A stretch of DNA of 64,000 nucleotides from Bacteroides uniformis (GTDB lineage Bacteria > Bacillota_I > Bacilli_A > RFN20 > CAG-826), in the NCBI GenBank assembly GCA_963641445.1, contig CAVIBR010000007.1, positions 2,525 through 66,524 of the forward strand. The letters run 5' to 3'. The position numbers were made by a program, and so were the translations under genes. Under the pieces are notes generated by a model. The model was given only the letters and a program-made list of their open reading frames with translations, was not told the origin of the DNA and made no database searches. Below are positions 63,596 to 64,000 of the stretch, piece by piece. Positions within the stretch are counted from its first letter, which is position 1; each line of letters starts with the position of its first letter.

Positions 63596-64000
63596 ATGGA
63601 TATTTTTTTGAAAGAAACTAGAAATTGCAAAGCCTTAGTCTTCATCGATCTTGAAGCAACCTCTCCTTCTTTTGAAATGATTGAAATAGGCGCTTATCTT
63701 GCTGAAATAAATAGCGATGGCTCGATTAAGAAAATCCATGAGCCATTTAAGCATTATGTGAAAGCCAAGCATCCAATTGGACCAATTGTTACAAAGATCA
63801 CTGGAATAACAGAAGAACTTCTTCAAAAAGAAGGAGAGAATTTTACCTATATCATGCCTCTATTCAGAAGATATGTTGGAAGATTCTGGGCTAATTGCCG
63901 TTTCGTTACTTTTGGCGAGCATGATATGGTCATCATCCGTAACACGATGGAGCAGAATCGTGACTTCGACCCTCAATATGCAAGAAATATCTACAAACAC
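63596..64000 (+). CDS. DEDD-type 3'-5' exonuclease (DnaQ-like), 5' fragment running off the window
   Basis: Hand translation MDIFLKETRNCKALVFIDLEATSPSFEMIEIGAY... (Exo I motif FIDLEAT). Open to the window end, so it is absent from the ORF track. Confidence 0.6.
   Translation, partial: MDIFLKETRNCKALVFIDLEATSPSFEMIEIGAYLAEINSDGSIKKIHEPFKHYVKAKHPIGPIVTKITGITEELLQKEGENFTYIMPLFRRYVGRFWANCRFVTFGEHDMVIIRNTMEQNRDFDPQYARNIYKH

Overview
The window joins two compositionally different parts. (1) Positions 1 to ~18990 are the integrase-proximal ~19 kb of a GC-rich (by eye ~60% GC, not computed) temperate siphovirus-like prophage, almost all on the minus strand. Running from low to high coordinates it holds a portal fragment, terL, a putative terS, a plus-strand moron island (3.3-6.3 kb), RusA, an orphan DNA methyltransferase, a replisome organizer with an internal iteron array, a chain of translationally coupled small ORFs, RecT and a YqaJ exonuclease, an unusual double immunity region, and a tyrosine integrase (17704-18831) followed by arm-type repeats. 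The rest of the phage lies beyond the left edge. (2) Positions ~19000-64000 are an AT-rich (low 30s % GC by eye) Bacillota/Mollicutes-like core chromosome that uses the standard code (TGA is a stop). Its genes are thyA-folA, a TetR-led operon, a 773-aa repeat surface protein, 5 tRNAs, pgi, ispD, an ABC-F ATPase, thiN, a TPP riboswitch with thiT, an M32 carboxypeptidase, nfu, rpoE(delta), argS, ispF, ychF, csp, two fused ABC/FtsX transporters, fhs, miaA, miaB, ymdB, rny, recA, cinA, pgsA, rnpB and gpsB. The best candidate for an undescribed system is in the moron island. It contains two diverged tandem cassettes. Each has a sigma-A-like promoter, an SD-led leader mini-ORF whose stop overlaps the start of a conserved ~30-aa amphipathic/hydrophobic peptide ORF, and a positionally conserved convergent antisense promoter (TTGACG-17-TA[A/G]ACT). 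This is type I toxin-antitoxin (hok/mok/sok-like) logic. Downstream of that core, each cassette carries an RHH gene, a covarying hairpin, a conserved non-coding block and variable cargo. Other notable points are an AT-rich cI/cro cassette nested inside a GC-rich switch, an origin-like iteron array inside the organizer gene, the prophage/host composition mismatch, and an apparent MiaB-YmcA(RicA)-like fusion next to ymdB-rny. All functional calls come from reading motifs by eye; no database search was possible.
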